A DNA stretch of 64,000 bases from an uncultured Chloroflexia bacterium (GTDB taxonomy: Bacteria > Chloroflexota > UBA6077 > JACCZL01): assembly GCA_963765765.1 (NCBI GenBank), contig CAVXYC010000015.1:608001-672000 (forward strand), given 5' to 3'. The position numbers and the translations under genes were made by a program. Below the pieces are notes generated by a model. That model saw nothing but the letters and a program-made list of their open reading frames with translations, was not told the origin of the DNA and made no database searches. Below are positions 9,740 through 20,963 of this stretch, one piece after another (position 1 is the first letter of the stretch; every line of letters begins with the position of its first letter).

Positions 9740-11129
9740 ATGAACGTATCCGATTCGTATCACGTCGCCGATCTCGGCCTGGCTGAATGGGGCCGGCGGG
9801 AGATCGCCATCGCGGAATCAGAAATGCCCGCGCTCATGGCAATTCGCGATGAGTACGCCGAATCTCAGCCGCTTAAAGGCGCGCGTATCGCCGGATCGCT
9901 ACATATGACGATCCAGACAGCCGTACTCATCGAGACGCTCAACGCGTTGGGCGCTGAGGTGCGCTGGGCCTCGTGCAACGTGTTCTCAACTCAGGACCAC
10001 GCCGCGGCGGCAATTGCCGCGGGTGGCACGCCCGTATTCGCCTACAAGGGCGAGAACCTGGATGAGTACTGGGAGTTCACCCACAGAATCTTCGAATTCG
10101 GTGACCGCGGCCCAACGATGATCCTGGACGATGGCGGAGACGCCACTCTCCTGGTTCATCTGGGGCTCCGCGCGGCTGAGAACCCTTCGCTGCTGGACAA
10201 CCCAGAGAGCGAAGAGGAGCGCGCCCTCTTCAAAGCGATCAAGAAGCGCGACGCGGCATGGTATCAGCGGGCAGCCAAAGACATCATCGGTGTCTCTGAA
10301 GAGACGACCACGGGCGTTCATCGCCTCTACCAGATGGCTGACGACGATCGGCTACTCTTCCCCGGAATCAATGTGAACGACTCGATCACCAAGTCGAAGT
10401 TCGACAATATTTACGGCTGTCGCGAGTCGCTGGTGGACGGCATCAAGCGAGCGACGGACGTGATGGTGGCCGGCAAGATTGCTGTGGTGGCGGGTTACGG
10501 TCAGGTAGGCAAAGGCTCGGCTCAGGCTTTGCGAGGTCTCCAGGCTCAGGTTTGGGTGACGGAGATCGACCCGATCTGTGCACTCCAGGCAGCTATGGAA
10601 GGCTACCGAGTGGTCACAATGGACTACGCGGCGGACAAGGCTGACATCTTCGTGTCTGCCACCGGTAATCGAAACGTGATCACCCACGACCATCTGCGGG
10701 CGATGAAATCCAACGCCATCGTCTGTAACATCGGCCACTTCGACAATGAGATCGATGTCGCCAGTCTGCGCGAGTATCAGTGGGAGAATATCAAGCCCGA
10801 GGTGGACCACATCATCTTCCCCGATGGCAAGAGAATCATCCTGCTTGCTGAGGGGCGGCTCGTCAACCTGGGCTGCGGCACCGGCCATCCGAGCTACGTG
10901 ATGAGCTCATCGTTTGCTAACCAGACGCTGGCGCAGATCGAGCTCTACACCAACACGGAAGCGTATCCCGTGGGCGTCTACCGACTGCCCAAGGCGCTTG
11001 GACGAAAAGGTCGCGCGCCTGCAGCTCAGCAAGCTGGATGCTCAGCTCACCGAGCTCACCGATGAGCAGGCGGTCTACATCGGGATCGACAAGCAGGGGC
11101 CATATAAGAGCGAGCACTACACGTACTAG
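9740..11129 (+). CDS. ahcY: Adenosylhomocysteinase (frameshift ~10995 near C-terminus)
   Basis: [59 protein letters not shown]; C-terminus LDEKVARL...[10 protein letters not shown] in the adjacent frame. Confidence 0.97.
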
Positions 11130-11138
11130 CTCGGCTAA

Positions 11139-11264
11139 CTTCACAGGCTTCCTTAGCGGGGGAAGCCTGTGAAGACCCCACCCCAGCCCTCCCCGCTGCG
11201 GCAGGGAGGGAGCGTGTTTAAAAACGCTCCCTCCCTGCCGCAGCGGGGAGGGCTGGGGTGGGGT
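11139..11264. repeat. Two abutting hairpins: a 14-bp stem plus a perfect 41-bp inverted repeat (REP-like element)
   Basis: cttcacaggcttcc/ggaagcctgtgaag (11139-11174); arms 11175-11215 and 11224-11264 exactly complementary around the loop gtttaaaa. Confidence 0.9.
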
Positions 11265-11299
11265 TCCGCTCAGGGGCTCCTCGCAACAAATCGCCCAAC

Positions 11300-11334
11300 A
11301 AAAACGGCCGCCCCTGTCATAAGGAGCGGCCGTT
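11300..11334 (-). terminator. Intrinsic terminator of the dioxygenase gene
   Basis: Minus strand aacggccgctcct...ggggcggccgttttt. Confidence 0.8.
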
Positions 11335-11360
11335 CTAGTCCAGCTTGAGAAACGCTTGGT

Positions 11361-12446
11361 TTAGTGCGTTCCGTTGCCGTTGCCGTTGGTGACCCATCGG
11401 CCTACGCACACGCCGCAGCCGGTACCGGCCGGGGAGCGGTAGCCTGGCTGATAGGTCATGACTTCCATTTTCGTGTCGCCCATCGCGCCCGCGGCGGCTA
11501 CCCAGTTCAGAATCTCCGTTGTGGCTGACTGCAGCTTGTAGCGCGGGAGTGTGCTGAGAATGTCGCCGTTGGCTTCGGTGAGACCCTTGATAGCGAGCCG
11601 ATCGATCTCTTCGTCAACGGTGAAGTGGCTCAGACCGCCGGACGTGATCACGGCCACGCGCACATCCTTGTCCCAGTTCAGAATCGCCTCATGGACCTGG
11701 CGACCTAGCGCATACGCACGGCGGGGGCTGATCCAATTAGGCGGGTAGCAGGTGTTGATCGTGATCGGCACCATCGGAGGTCGCTTGCCCTTGAACCAGC
11801 GGCACACCGGAAACGAGAAGGCATGCGGCATGCCTTGACGTCGCGGCTTCACGTTTCGCTGTGAATCCAGGTACCACGTCGCTGGGCCGATTGTCCCGCC
11901 GTACTCTTCTTTCATATAGCGCTGTTGCGCCACGTCAAAGTCATGCTCCTGGAGCTCTTCGATAATGTGCAGACCGAGATCCTGCTCAATTGGGTAGACG
12001 ATCTCTTCGGTGCCATACACTGACGCGGCGATTGACACGGCCGCGGTCATGCCGGGCCGGTTGTTGATGCGCGGATAGTGAGTAAGTGTCTCGCCCCAAT
12101 AAACGCTGATCATCGGATAGTTGTCGTCGAAGAAGAACTCGCCCTGATCATCCCCAATGGCGACGACGACGTCTGGATCACACTCCGCGAAGGCTTCGCC
12201 CAAACGATCGAGCCCGTCTTGAATCGCGGCGTACTTGCGCACGAAGATCGATTCGTCAATGTGCTCCTCGGCGATCTTGGGATCTGCCGTGGCAAGGAGC
12301 TCGTCATAGGGCACACGCTTGCCATCTCGCGGTCGGACGAGCTCACGATTCCGCGTGTCATCGTCCGCTCGCTTGGCCCAGTCCTCGCCGGGAAGACTCA
12401 TGAGCGGTGTGTGTGATGAAGCAAAGCCACCAACGATAGTTGCCAT
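11361..12446 (-). CDS. Class III extradiol ring-cleavage dioxygenase (LigB/DesZ-like)
   Basis: ASSHTP, PDVVVAIGDDQGEFF, PHAFSF, INTCYPPN, SGGLSHF, EILNW. Confidence 0.85.
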   Translation of the reverse strand: MATIVGGFASSHTPLMSLPGEDWAKRADDDTRNRELVRPRDGKRVPYDELLATADPKIAEEHIDESIFVRKYAAIQDGLDRLGEAFAECDPDVVVAIGDDQGEFFFDDNYPMISVYWGETLTHYPRINNRPGMTAAVSIAASVYGTEEIVYPIEQDLGLHIIEELQEHDFDVAQQRYMKEEYGGTIGPATWYLDSQRNVKPRRQGMPHAFSFPVCRWFKGKRPPMVPITINTCYPPNWISPRRAYALGRQVHEAILNWDKDVRVAVITSGGLSHFTVDEEIDRLAIKGLTEANGDILSTLPRYKLQSATTEILNWVAAAGAMGDTKMEVMTYQPGYRSPAGTGCGVCVGRWVTNGNGNGTH

Positions 12447-12745
12447 ATGCGACGACCTCCATATAGGTCCCAGCGGACTTTCCAGCTGGGAGAGCGCGTT
12501 CAACCTGGACAGATATCAATCACTCGGTATATGGCACAAGTGTAATCCCGCGTGCCATTACCGCGCATCTTGAAATCTACCGCTTGCTTGACCTGTCGTC
12601 AATTGCAGTTGTTGTTGCCTAACGTACCGATGCGGGATTTGGCCTGCGACTATCGAATTGTGTCATCAAGGTTACGGCTGACTCTGCATATAGCTGGGCA
12701 GATTGGGTAGCCCCTCAAGGCCATGCGGTCCTGGCGACTGCAGCG

Positions 12746-14458
12746 TCAGCCGGCAGTTCGTGACTCGTAGTCCGGTGTGGGTACCGGTACGAAATCCTCG
12801 ATCTCGTAGTGATAGCCCTGCTCCGTGAGGAAGAGCTGGCGGTGGTCGGAGTATGTCTGGTCGATGGTGTCGTGGCTGACGATGCCGTAGAAGAAGGCTT
12901 GTCCGCCATCGGCTTTGGGACGGAGTACTCGACCGAGACGCTGGGCCTCTTCCTGACGTGAGCCGAATGTTCCGGAGAGCTCAATCGCCACATTGGCCTC
13001 GGGGAGGTCGATGGCGAAGTTCGCGACCTTAGATACGACGAGGTGAGTGATTGCGCCGGTTCGGAAGCTTTCGTAGAGCTTCTCACGCTCTCGGTTGGGC
13101 GTCTTCCCCGTGATGAGCGGCGCACGGAGAAACTCGGCAATCTCGTCTAGCTGATCCAGGTATTGAGCGATCACAAGGACGCGATCGTTTTCATGCCGCT
13201 CCAGGAGCGCGCCCAGCGCCAGCATCTTTGTCGGGTTCGTGGCGGCGATTCGATATTTGTCTCGCCGTTCCGCGCCGGCGTATTCCAGCTTAAGCTCGCG
13301 CGGCATCGGCACGCGAATCTCGGTGCATAGAGCGGGGGCAATCCAGCCCTGGTCTTCCAGCTCTTTCCACGGGGCATCGAATTTCTTGGGGCCAATGAGC
13401 GAGAAGACGTCTTCCTCGTTTCCGTCCTCGCGCACGAGTGTCGCGGTCAGTCCTAGACGTCGACGTGATTGAATCTCGGCCGTCGCGCGGAAAACGGGGG
13501 CGGGCAGCAAATGGACCTCGTCATAAATAATCAGGCCCCAGTCCTCGCGCTGGAACACCTCGAGGTGCGGAAACTCATCTCGGACGCCCTTTTTGCGCGT
13601 CGTCATCACCTGGTAGGTGGCCAGGGTGATTGGCCTGATCTCCTTACGCTCGCCTGAGTATTCGCCAATCGAGTCAGCAGGAATCTCAGTCTTTTCCAGC
13701 ATCTCCCGCTTCCACTGATGCACAGCGGAGATGCCGGTACAGAGTATGAGTGTGTGTGTGGACGCGCGCTCCATCACACCCAAACCGATCACCGTCTTCC
13801 CCGAGCCACACGGGAGTACGAGTACGCCGCTACCGCCGCTCGGTGCACCGTTGGCCCAAAATGCGTCTATCGCCTGGATCTGGTACTCGCGAAGGTGTAT
13901 TCCGCCGATGGCCCCTTCCGACCGAAGCTCGATCGGAAACTTTGCGCCCTCCGTGTATCCGGCGAGGTCTTCCACCGGCATGCCGGCCTTGAGCAAGGCC
14001 TGTTTGAGCTTGCCTCTATCACCGGGCTCCACCAAAGCGCGCCGCTGCTCCGAGCGAGCGCCGAGCAGTGGGGCCAGCCGCGCGTTTCGGCTAAGCTGCT
14101 CCAGGAGATCCGGATCATCGACTTCGAGGGTGAGCGAGCCGGCCTGCCGGAAAAGTCGAATACGACCGTAGCGAGACATCAAGTCTCGGATATCGGTGAC
14201 GACGTTCCCCGGCAGGTCGAACTTGGCGTACTCCTCCAGAGTTTCGAGCACGAATTCCAGCGTGATGCCGGCAGAGCATGCGTTCCAGAGCGAAAGGGCC
14301 GATATCGCGTAGGTGTGGATGTGCTCGGGGCTCTTGCGTAGCTCGGCAAACGCCGCCAGTCGATCGCGACAGTCCGCGAAAAACGGATTGTCCACCTCGA
14401 GCAACAGGCTTCGATCTGCCTGAACAATCAGTGGCCGATCCGGTCGATAGACGCTCAT
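12746..14458 (-). CDS. Bacterial XPB/Rad25-like DNA helicase
   Basis: PLIVQADRSLLLEVD, KSPEHIHTY, LPCGSGKT, YDEVH, GLTATLVREDG, QRLGRVLRPK. Confidence 0.92.
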   Translation of the reverse strand: MSVYRPDRPLIVQADRSLLLEVDNPFFADCRDRLAAFAELRKSPEHIHTYAISALSLWNACSAGITLEFVLETLEEYAKFDLPGNVVTDIRDLMSRYGRIRLFRQAGSLTLEVDDPDLLEQLSRNARLAPLLGARSEQRRALVEPGDRGKLKQALLKAGMPVEDLAGYTEGAKFPIELRSEGAIGGIHLREYQIQAIDAFWANGAPSGGSGVLVLPCGSGKTVIGLGVMERASTHTLILCTGISAVHQWKREMLEKTEIPADSIGEYSGERKEIRPITLATYQVMTTRKKGVRDEFPHLEVFQREDWGLIIYDEVHLLPAPVFRATAEIQSRRRLGLTATLVREDGNEEDVFSLIGPKKFDAPWKELEDQGWIAPALCTEIRVPMPRELKLEYAGAERRDKYRIAATNPTKMLALGALLERHENDRVLVIAQYLDQLDEIAEFLRAPLITGKTPNREREKLYESFRTGAITHLVVSKVANFAIDLPEANVAIELSGTFGSRQEEAQRLGRVLRPKADGGQAFFYGIVSHDTIDQTYSDHRQLFLTEQGYHYEIEDFVPVPTPDYESRTAG

Positions 14459-16727
14459 ATGTAGTACTTCTTCGATTCGGCCGTCGTGAGTAGACGGACG
14501 GACAGGATCGATGAGACCGGCATCTCTACCATTTCGCCCGAATTCGCTTCGTATCCAGCCAAGGTTGCATGGCGCATGTTTGCGGGCTCCATCACGTATT
14601 CCAGCGGTGCCATACTCGGGACTGTTCCATTGGACCCGTGCGAGCCGGAGGTCGTTGATTGCTCCCCGGAGCAATGTCTTGATCTCATCCTGCGTTTGTG
14701 TGGCGCGTATGGGCGTGGGCTTTGAATTCGATTTTGCCTTTACGGTCGCCTGAACTGGAAGGTAGCCATTTTTCCGGAGTGATGCGATCGTGGTCACGTC
14801 ATCCGTTCCCCGGATCACAGCGACAGTCGGTGCAATCACCTGGATGTCGAGTCGATCCAGCTTCGCATTTCGAACGATCTCATCGAGCACTTCGGGATCG
14901 TCCACTTCCAGATAGGCAGTCGCGCTCCCCACGCGCACTTGACCGTAACGCTGAGACTGATCGCGGATAACACGCTCAATGGTAGCCGGCATGGGTGTCC
15001 GTGAGTGCCGCTCGAAGAGCCCGGCGATCTCATCTGGAGTCATGCCGTGATTCAACGCGGCACTGATGGAGTCCGCTGATACGCGGAAGATTGATGCCCC
15101 CTGGTTCTCGATTAATTCGGCCACACTCCAGAGATCCAGGATGGAGTCAGGATGCGCATTGGGCGGGGCGACGATTGTCCGATCGGGCTGCACGATCCAG
15201 CTCATGTCCCAATCGGGCAACTTGAGATCAGGTGTCACGCCCTCGGCAAGGATAACGTCGAGTCCCGCGGATTGAATGAGAAACGACTCACGTTTCTCGG
15301 CGTCGCGACCCTCACCTAACACTGTGGCATATAGGGCTGCCCACTCGCCGGATATGTGTTCATTGGAGCTCTTGACCTTGGCGTTGAAGAGCAAGGGCCA
15401 GAAGAAGCTCAATAAGCTTTCAAAAGATTCCCGATCAATCCAGACGTCAAGCGGCAAGCTCGGCAGAAGGCTCAGCACTCGCCGATGTGTATCCCTTGGC
15501 AAATATTGGTCGCTGGAGTAGCTATTTATAGGTTCTTCTGACCAGCCCTGGATCAAGCTGCGGATCAGATCGTCTGGCCGTGCTTCACTCAGGTCCGCCG
15601 CGATGTAGCCACCTTCCCGATCTCCTGATGGGATCACGACCGAAACGTCCATGGCGAGCTTCCAGAGCGTTGATCCGTAGTCCTTCGTAGGCCCGCTGAT
15701 CAGCTTGCTCAATGTCTGGAGCGAGCGTGCGTATGGCTCGCCGTCCTGGCGCCACTCGGCACGTCCCAACGAGATGAAGGCTCTCAGGTGCGAAAGGTCG
15801 CGCAAGAGCGTCGTCATGTTGGGCAAGCGCGTCTCGGTCGGGTTGGCGGAAACGAGCTGCGGCGGCACAAGTGGTGCCGTGTCAAAGATGCTGGTCCCGG
15901 CATAGGCAGTGGCCACGTCTGATGGGATTGCGAAGTAGCTGGCGTAGCCCCAACTATTGCCATACGCCGAAAACACCGGCAACGAGGGCACGTTCCAGCA
16001 GATCGATAAACGGTGATGCTTTAGCCGCGTTAGTTGCGCCCCAGCCGGTTAGTGCCCGTGACACATAGGACATTGCCGCGTAGTAGCCTTCACCCAGCTT
16101 GACCGCCAGTGCGTTGTGGTCTGCCATGCCGCCACGGTCGCTGATCCACTCAAACAGCTCCTTGGATTCGTCTGGCAACGAGGCGATCAGAAAGACCAGA
16201 AATCTATGATCGGTGAGACAGCGAGTGATGACCTCGATGCGCTTGGCTTTGGTGGTGGGGATAGGCGCAATCGAGAGTTTTTGACACATGGCGTGCAGCA
16301 TTTCGGACGATATGCCATTAAGGGCGGAGTTCAGGTCGATCCCGTGTGAGATCGGTTGGGCGCTAGCCACAGCCGCGTACGTGGCGATCCAGCCGGATTC
16401 GGGCTCCGCCACATAGTCCACGAGCCCGAACATCCGAAGATCGTTGAGCACCTGGAGTAGTGAGGGCCTCGGAATTCGACCGTTCAGCTCGTTAGTGAAA
16501 TGGTCCCAGGTCGCCTGGAGCTTCTCTTGCTGAGCGAGCCAGCGGACGATGAGCAGCTGGGCCTGATTTAGCTCGGTAAGAATGGCGTTGAGGTGCTTGG
16601 GCTGCACCACGATCGTTGCCATTCGCTCGGGATCAGTTGTTCCCCCCGGAATCTCATGACGACTGAGAAACTCGTTGAGCTCGCCGGCATTAAGTCGCTT
16701 TATGAGCTGCGCAAGCTGCAAGGGCAC
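14455..16727 (-). CDS. XPB-associated protein with Helicase_C_3-type domain and possible C-terminal WYL-like domain (frameshifts ~15975 and ~14605)
   Basis: IVQPDRTIVAPP...FRVSADSISAALNHG...HSRTPMPATIERVIRD...YGQVRVG; pieces 15954-16727, ~14605-15991 and 14455-14688 join; stop overlaps the XPB ATG (ATGA). Confidence 0.75.
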
Positions 16728-16923
16728 ATCCGTGTGAATATGAGCTTCGCCAACTGTACGCGTTACCGCGAGACCGACTCAACACTTGCTGTCCCGTGGC
16801 ACGCAGCAGTGGCAACGGTACGCAATATTCAATGCCGCATGTCTCGCGTTATCACTTGCGGCCGAATTAGGAGCAGATTGATCAAACGACAACAAGGAGC
16901 AAGGTAATTACGCCCGTGGGTGC

Positions 16924-17715
16924 TTATCTCAACTGTGTCAGATGCCAGCGCCCATCATTATCCAAGCTGGCGTGCTGCTCATCTTCTAGCTTCCAGAGAT
17001 GCGCTTGCACATTTCCTGCCGCCGCTTTCTGTAGTCGCGGATCCAACAACGGGTAGATGGTCTCAACCAGCTCCTGGATAGATCTTGCGCCAGCGCGTAA
17101 GCCATCGACGATTTCTCGTTCGCGCCCGAGCCGATGATCCAGATACTGCTGAAGAAGCTCTCGTCCATGAGAAGCTGCCGGGCCATGCCCCGGGAGAATC
17201 GTCTCCATTGGCTCATTGAGCAGTCTTTGAAGTGACTCGAGATAGAGACCAAGATCGCCGCGCTCTCGACCGACTACCACTGTGCCCTCGCCGGCGACCA
17301 CGTCGCCGGCAAAGAGCAGACGCTCATCTTCGACTAAGAACGACAGACTGTCGCGGGTGTGTCCGGGCGTGTCCAACGCACGTAGCCCACGTTGGGCCAC
17401 TTCCAGCACCTCTCCATCGCGCAGCACGTTGGTGACGCCAGGCAGTAGCTCATGGCCATAAATCGGTGCCCCCGTCTCGCGGGCCAGAGGATACGCGGCA
17501 GGCAAATGATCACTGTGGCCGTGCGTCACGACGATTGCGCTTACGCTACGTGAGCCGACTTGCGTGAGTATGGAATCGAGATGCTCTGGCATGTTGGGGC
17601 CAGGGTCAAGCACGACCACCGTGTCAATGCCGAACACATACGTGTTCGTGCCTCGCCCCGTCATGACTGATGGGTTGGGCGCTAGAACCAGCTCAATTCC
17701 CGGGCCTACCAACAC
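16924..17715 (-). CDS. MBL-fold metallo-hydrolase (LACTB2-like)
   Basis: APNPSVMTGRGTNTY, THGHSDH, TPGHTRDS, ILPGHG. Confidence 0.9.
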   Translation of the reverse strand: MLVGPGIELVLAPNPSVMTGRGTNTYVFGIDTVVVLDPGPNMPEHLDSILTQVGSRSVSAIVVTHGHSDHLPAAYPLARETGAPIYGHELLPGVTNVLRDGEVLEVAQRGLRALDTPGHTRDSLSFLVEDERLLFAGDVVAGEGTVVVGRERGDLGLYLESLQRLLNEPMETILPGHGPAASHGRELLQQYLDHRLGREREIVDGLRAGARSIQELVETIYPLLDPRLQKAAAGNVQAHLWKLEDEQHASLDNDGRWHLTQLR

Positions 17716-18501
17716 GCGATGATCTCTGGATCGGCGTTCCCCGATCGACCGCTCGCAACGATGGGATCGACACATCGAATCACTTTGGAGTGAGCGAATT
17801 CGAGCACGTCGCTGACCGACTCGTATGGCAGGAGGAGACTGATGTTCATGCGTGTCGGGAATACCAGCAAGAGCTCTTTCGCCTCACCCCGGGCGAGCGC
17901 CTCACGCGGTGAGATCCAGAGACCATCAGTTGTCTCGATGTTGCAGTGGCTTGCATCTTGCCCGGCGGGCATCGACGTGATGAAAAATCGCGTGTCGTAG
18001 CGCTTGGGCGCCTGGACTGGCGTACGCCAATGCGAAAAGTAGATGAGGCGCTCAAGACACAGTCCGACGCCCATTGACTGTACCGCGCTCGCAAAATCGG
18101 CACCGTCTGCAAGTGATCTCAGACGTGCGCTTGCGATCTCATCCTGACCTGGCAACCGAGCGCCGTCATGGACAAGGACGCCGGCTTCCTCGAGGAGCTC
18201 CCGGGCCGCGGCCAACCAGAAACTGAAGCACTCAGTAGGTGAGTCAGGCGAAAGGTCGCCTCGCTCGTGTAACACGTCGAAGGCGTCCGCGGGCGTGAAC
18301 GATCTGCTGAGCCCTATTGAGGCCTCGGCAGTATCGCTCGGAATTGTTGTCCCGCCGGGAAAGACGTAGGCAAGATTGGCGAAGCCGCTCTGCTCGTGGC
18401 GTCTAACAAGAAACATCTCCAGCCCCGTTGGGCCGTCGCGAACCAGGATGACCGTGGATGATGGGCGAGCAAAGGCCGGCTTCAGTCACCGTCTCGCCCA
18501 T
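17706..18501 (-). CDS. NUDIX hydrolase (NUDT19-like); start uncertain, possible frameshift ~18485
   Basis: RPSSTVILVRDG...MFLVRR...YVFPGG...AARELLEEAG...HWRTP...KRYDTRFF. Confidence 0.85.
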
Positions 18502-18536
18502 CACCACAAGCTACTCCCGTCGCGCTGATGCACGAG

Positions 18537-19518
18537 TTAGGGATACTGGCTTGCAGTGGCTTTGAGCCCTGCCTCGGCGCTGCTCCGTTCTTCATCCGCC
18601 AGCGACTCCAAAAGCCGCGTCACCGCGATGGCCGCGGTGGTCGCATCGCCGGTGGCGTTGGTAATTTGACGAACGAATTGATGTCGAACGTCCCCAGCGC
18701 AGAAGATACCCGGCTGGGAAGTCTCCATCTTATCGTCGGTGATGATGAAGCCCATCTCATCTTTCTCGATCGGGTCACGAAAGATATTGCTGGTGGGATC
18801 AAATCCTACATAAATGAAGATTCCGCCGACCTCGACCTCTTTCTCTGTCCCGTCCACGACGTTCTTCGTTTTGAGCTTTTGAACCTTGCCTTCGCCAATG
18901 ATCTCTTCGATGATCGTGTTCCAGACAACTTCGATCTTCTCGTTGGCAAAAAGACGCTCCTGCAGGACGCTCTCAGCGCGTAATTTATCGCGACGGTGGA
19001 ACAGCAGGACCTTGCTTGCATAGCGTGTCAGAAACGTCGCTTCCTCAACGGCGGCGTCGCCACCGCCCACGACCGCAAGGACCTGTCCACGGAAGAACGC
19101 GCCGTCACAGATGGCACAATACGACACGCCTCTTCCACCGAGCTCCGCCTCGCCCGGGCACGCCAAGTTTTCGAGGCGTTCCGCCACTGCAAACGATGAC
19201 GGCTTTAGCCCGATACTCGTCACCTTCGTCTGTTTTGACGACTTTCTCTTTACCGTCGGTGTAGATCTCCGTGACGGTGCCGTATTCAATTGTGGCCCCG
19301 AATTCAAGCGCCTGCTCCTCGAAGACCTGTGCCATCTCGTGCCCGGTGATGCTCTTGAAGCCGGGATAGTCCTCGATGAGCTCGGTGTTCAACAGCTCGC
19401 CGCCAGGGCCCATCTTCTCCACGATGATCGTGCTGAGGTTGCCTCGGCCCGTGTAGAGCGCCGCCGTTAGGCCAGCCGGGCCCGCGCCAACGATCACCAC
19501 GTCACTCGTTTTTTCCAT
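18537..19518 (-). CDS. trxB: Thioredoxin-disulfide reductase (frameshift ~19157)
   Basis: GAGPAGLTAALY, GRGVSYCAICDG, VGGGDAAVEEA, PGIFCAGDVR. Confidence 0.95.
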
Positions 19519-19684
19519 ATTTAATCCTCGTCAAGCGCTGCTCGCTGGATGTCTGAGCATCGCCCAACTACTCCCGTTTGAACAAACGCCCCCAGGGTGA
19601 CTCGTATTCCGCTTGGAAATCAACGGGACGAGCAACCGGGCGTTCGTCTAAGTATAGGCACGCCTTCGAGAGCCGAACCATCGC

Positions 19685-20869
19685 TCATTCGGCAGGTTGC
19701 CCCCGATCCTTGAGCCGCGCCTCGCCACGTTCGACGGGTTCGCTGGCAATCTGACTCGCTGGTAGTGGGGTCGTCGACGATGAATCGTCGCCTCTGTTCA
19801 CTTCGTTTCGACGCGCAGCCCTGTCGATGCGATAGAAGTGCAGCATCGATAGGGCTGCCGCGGCTATTGGAATGCCAAAGAATGCTCCCCAGACGCCAGC
19901 CACGCGAGCGCCAACCAGAAACACCAGGAACATGAGTAGCGGATGCAGACCTATCGTCTGGCTCATGGCCCGCGGTCCCACGACGTTGTAGACGACCTGC
20001 TGAAGAATAAGGGACGCAATCAGGACGAAGATTCCTGAACCTGACTGAGCGATGAGCACGATGATCAGTGGAATTATTAAGGCGAGCATCCCGCCGATAA
20101 ATGGAATCACCGCGCAGATTCCCGCCGTGATGCTGGAGACCAAGACATACGGAAGACCAGCAGCCATCATGATTCCCGCTGTCCCAATCGCGTAGGCAAT
20201 TGCCATGATCATGTTGCCCTTGAGAAAGCCGAAGAAGGCGCTACGCACGCTTTCCAGCAGATAGCGCGCATCGTCCCCGTATCGAGCAGGGAGTAGCTCA
20301 ATGGCTTCTTTTGCCACGCGCCGACCGTCAAGAGTGAAGTAGAACGAGATGATGACCAGCAAAGCGGCCTGGAGGATGGCATTTGCGATTCCCGAGGCCG
20401 CGCCGAAAATGTTAGACAGAATCAGCGGGACGGCCGCCTCCAGGCGGCCCGTTACGTCGTAGGTTCTGACTGCCGATTCGAGATCGACGTAAACACCGCG
20501 CAGCTGGAGCTCCGCGTACAGGGCGAGAAGCTGATCGTTGAAGAAATCAATGAGCGTGGGCAGATACCCGATGATCTGCACAATTTGGGTGACTAAGAGG
20601 GGAGTGACGATCAGTGCGCCCACGATGATCAGCACAAACACGCCGAGATAGACGACCGAGACAGCGATGGGGCGAGGTAGTCTCGTGTAGCTCACCAGCA
20701 TGATCGCGGATGGCTCGATGACGAGCGCCAGGGCCCAGGCGAGGAAAAACAGCAGTACGATGTCCGAGAAAGCTGAGCCAATGAGCCAGATCGCGAACAT
20801 CAGTCCGAGAGCCGCGAGCAGGACGCAAAGAATCACCAGAGCTCGAATCCATGGATCGTCGCTTCTCAT
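19685..20869 (-). CDS. AI-2E family transporter
   Basis: Multiple TM segments; IPFIG, LHPL, GVWGAFFGIP. Confidence 0.9.
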   Translation of the reverse strand: MRSDDPWIRALVILCVLLAALGLMFAIWLIGSAFSDIVLLFFLAWALALVIEPSAIMLVSYTRLPRPIAVSVVYLGVFVLIIVGALIVTPLLVTQIVQIIGYLPTLIDFFNDQLLALYAELQLRGVYVDLESAVRTYDVTGRLEAAVPLILSNIFGAASGIANAILQAALLVIISFYFTLDGRRVAKEAIELLPARYGDDARYLLESVRSAFFGFLKGNMIMAIAYAIGTAGIMMAAGLPYVLVSSITAGICAVIPFIGGMLALIIPLIIVLIAQSGSGIFVLIASLILQQVVYNVVGPRAMSQTIGLHPLLMFLVFLVGARVAGVWGAFFGIPIAAAALSMLHFYRIDRAARRNEVNRGDDSSSTTPLPASQIASEPVERGEARLKDRGQPAE

Positions 20870-20963
20870 GTTTCGTTGGTTGCCCAGGACCGCGGCGTGA
20901 TCATTTCAGCGATAGCATTCTAGCCGTGCCATGCATCGCTCGTTTCACCAGCGCGGATCTCGT

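Noticed and set aside
12746-15991. Apparent 1081-aa fusion of helicase-associated domain and XPB
   Set aside because: A frameshift near 14605 creates it; the natural C-terminus lies in another frame and its stop overlaps the XPB ATG.
9740-19518. ahcY and trxB as pseudogenes or programmed frameshifts
   Set aside because: Single extra bases with no shared slippery motif, in conserved genes, fit sequencing error.
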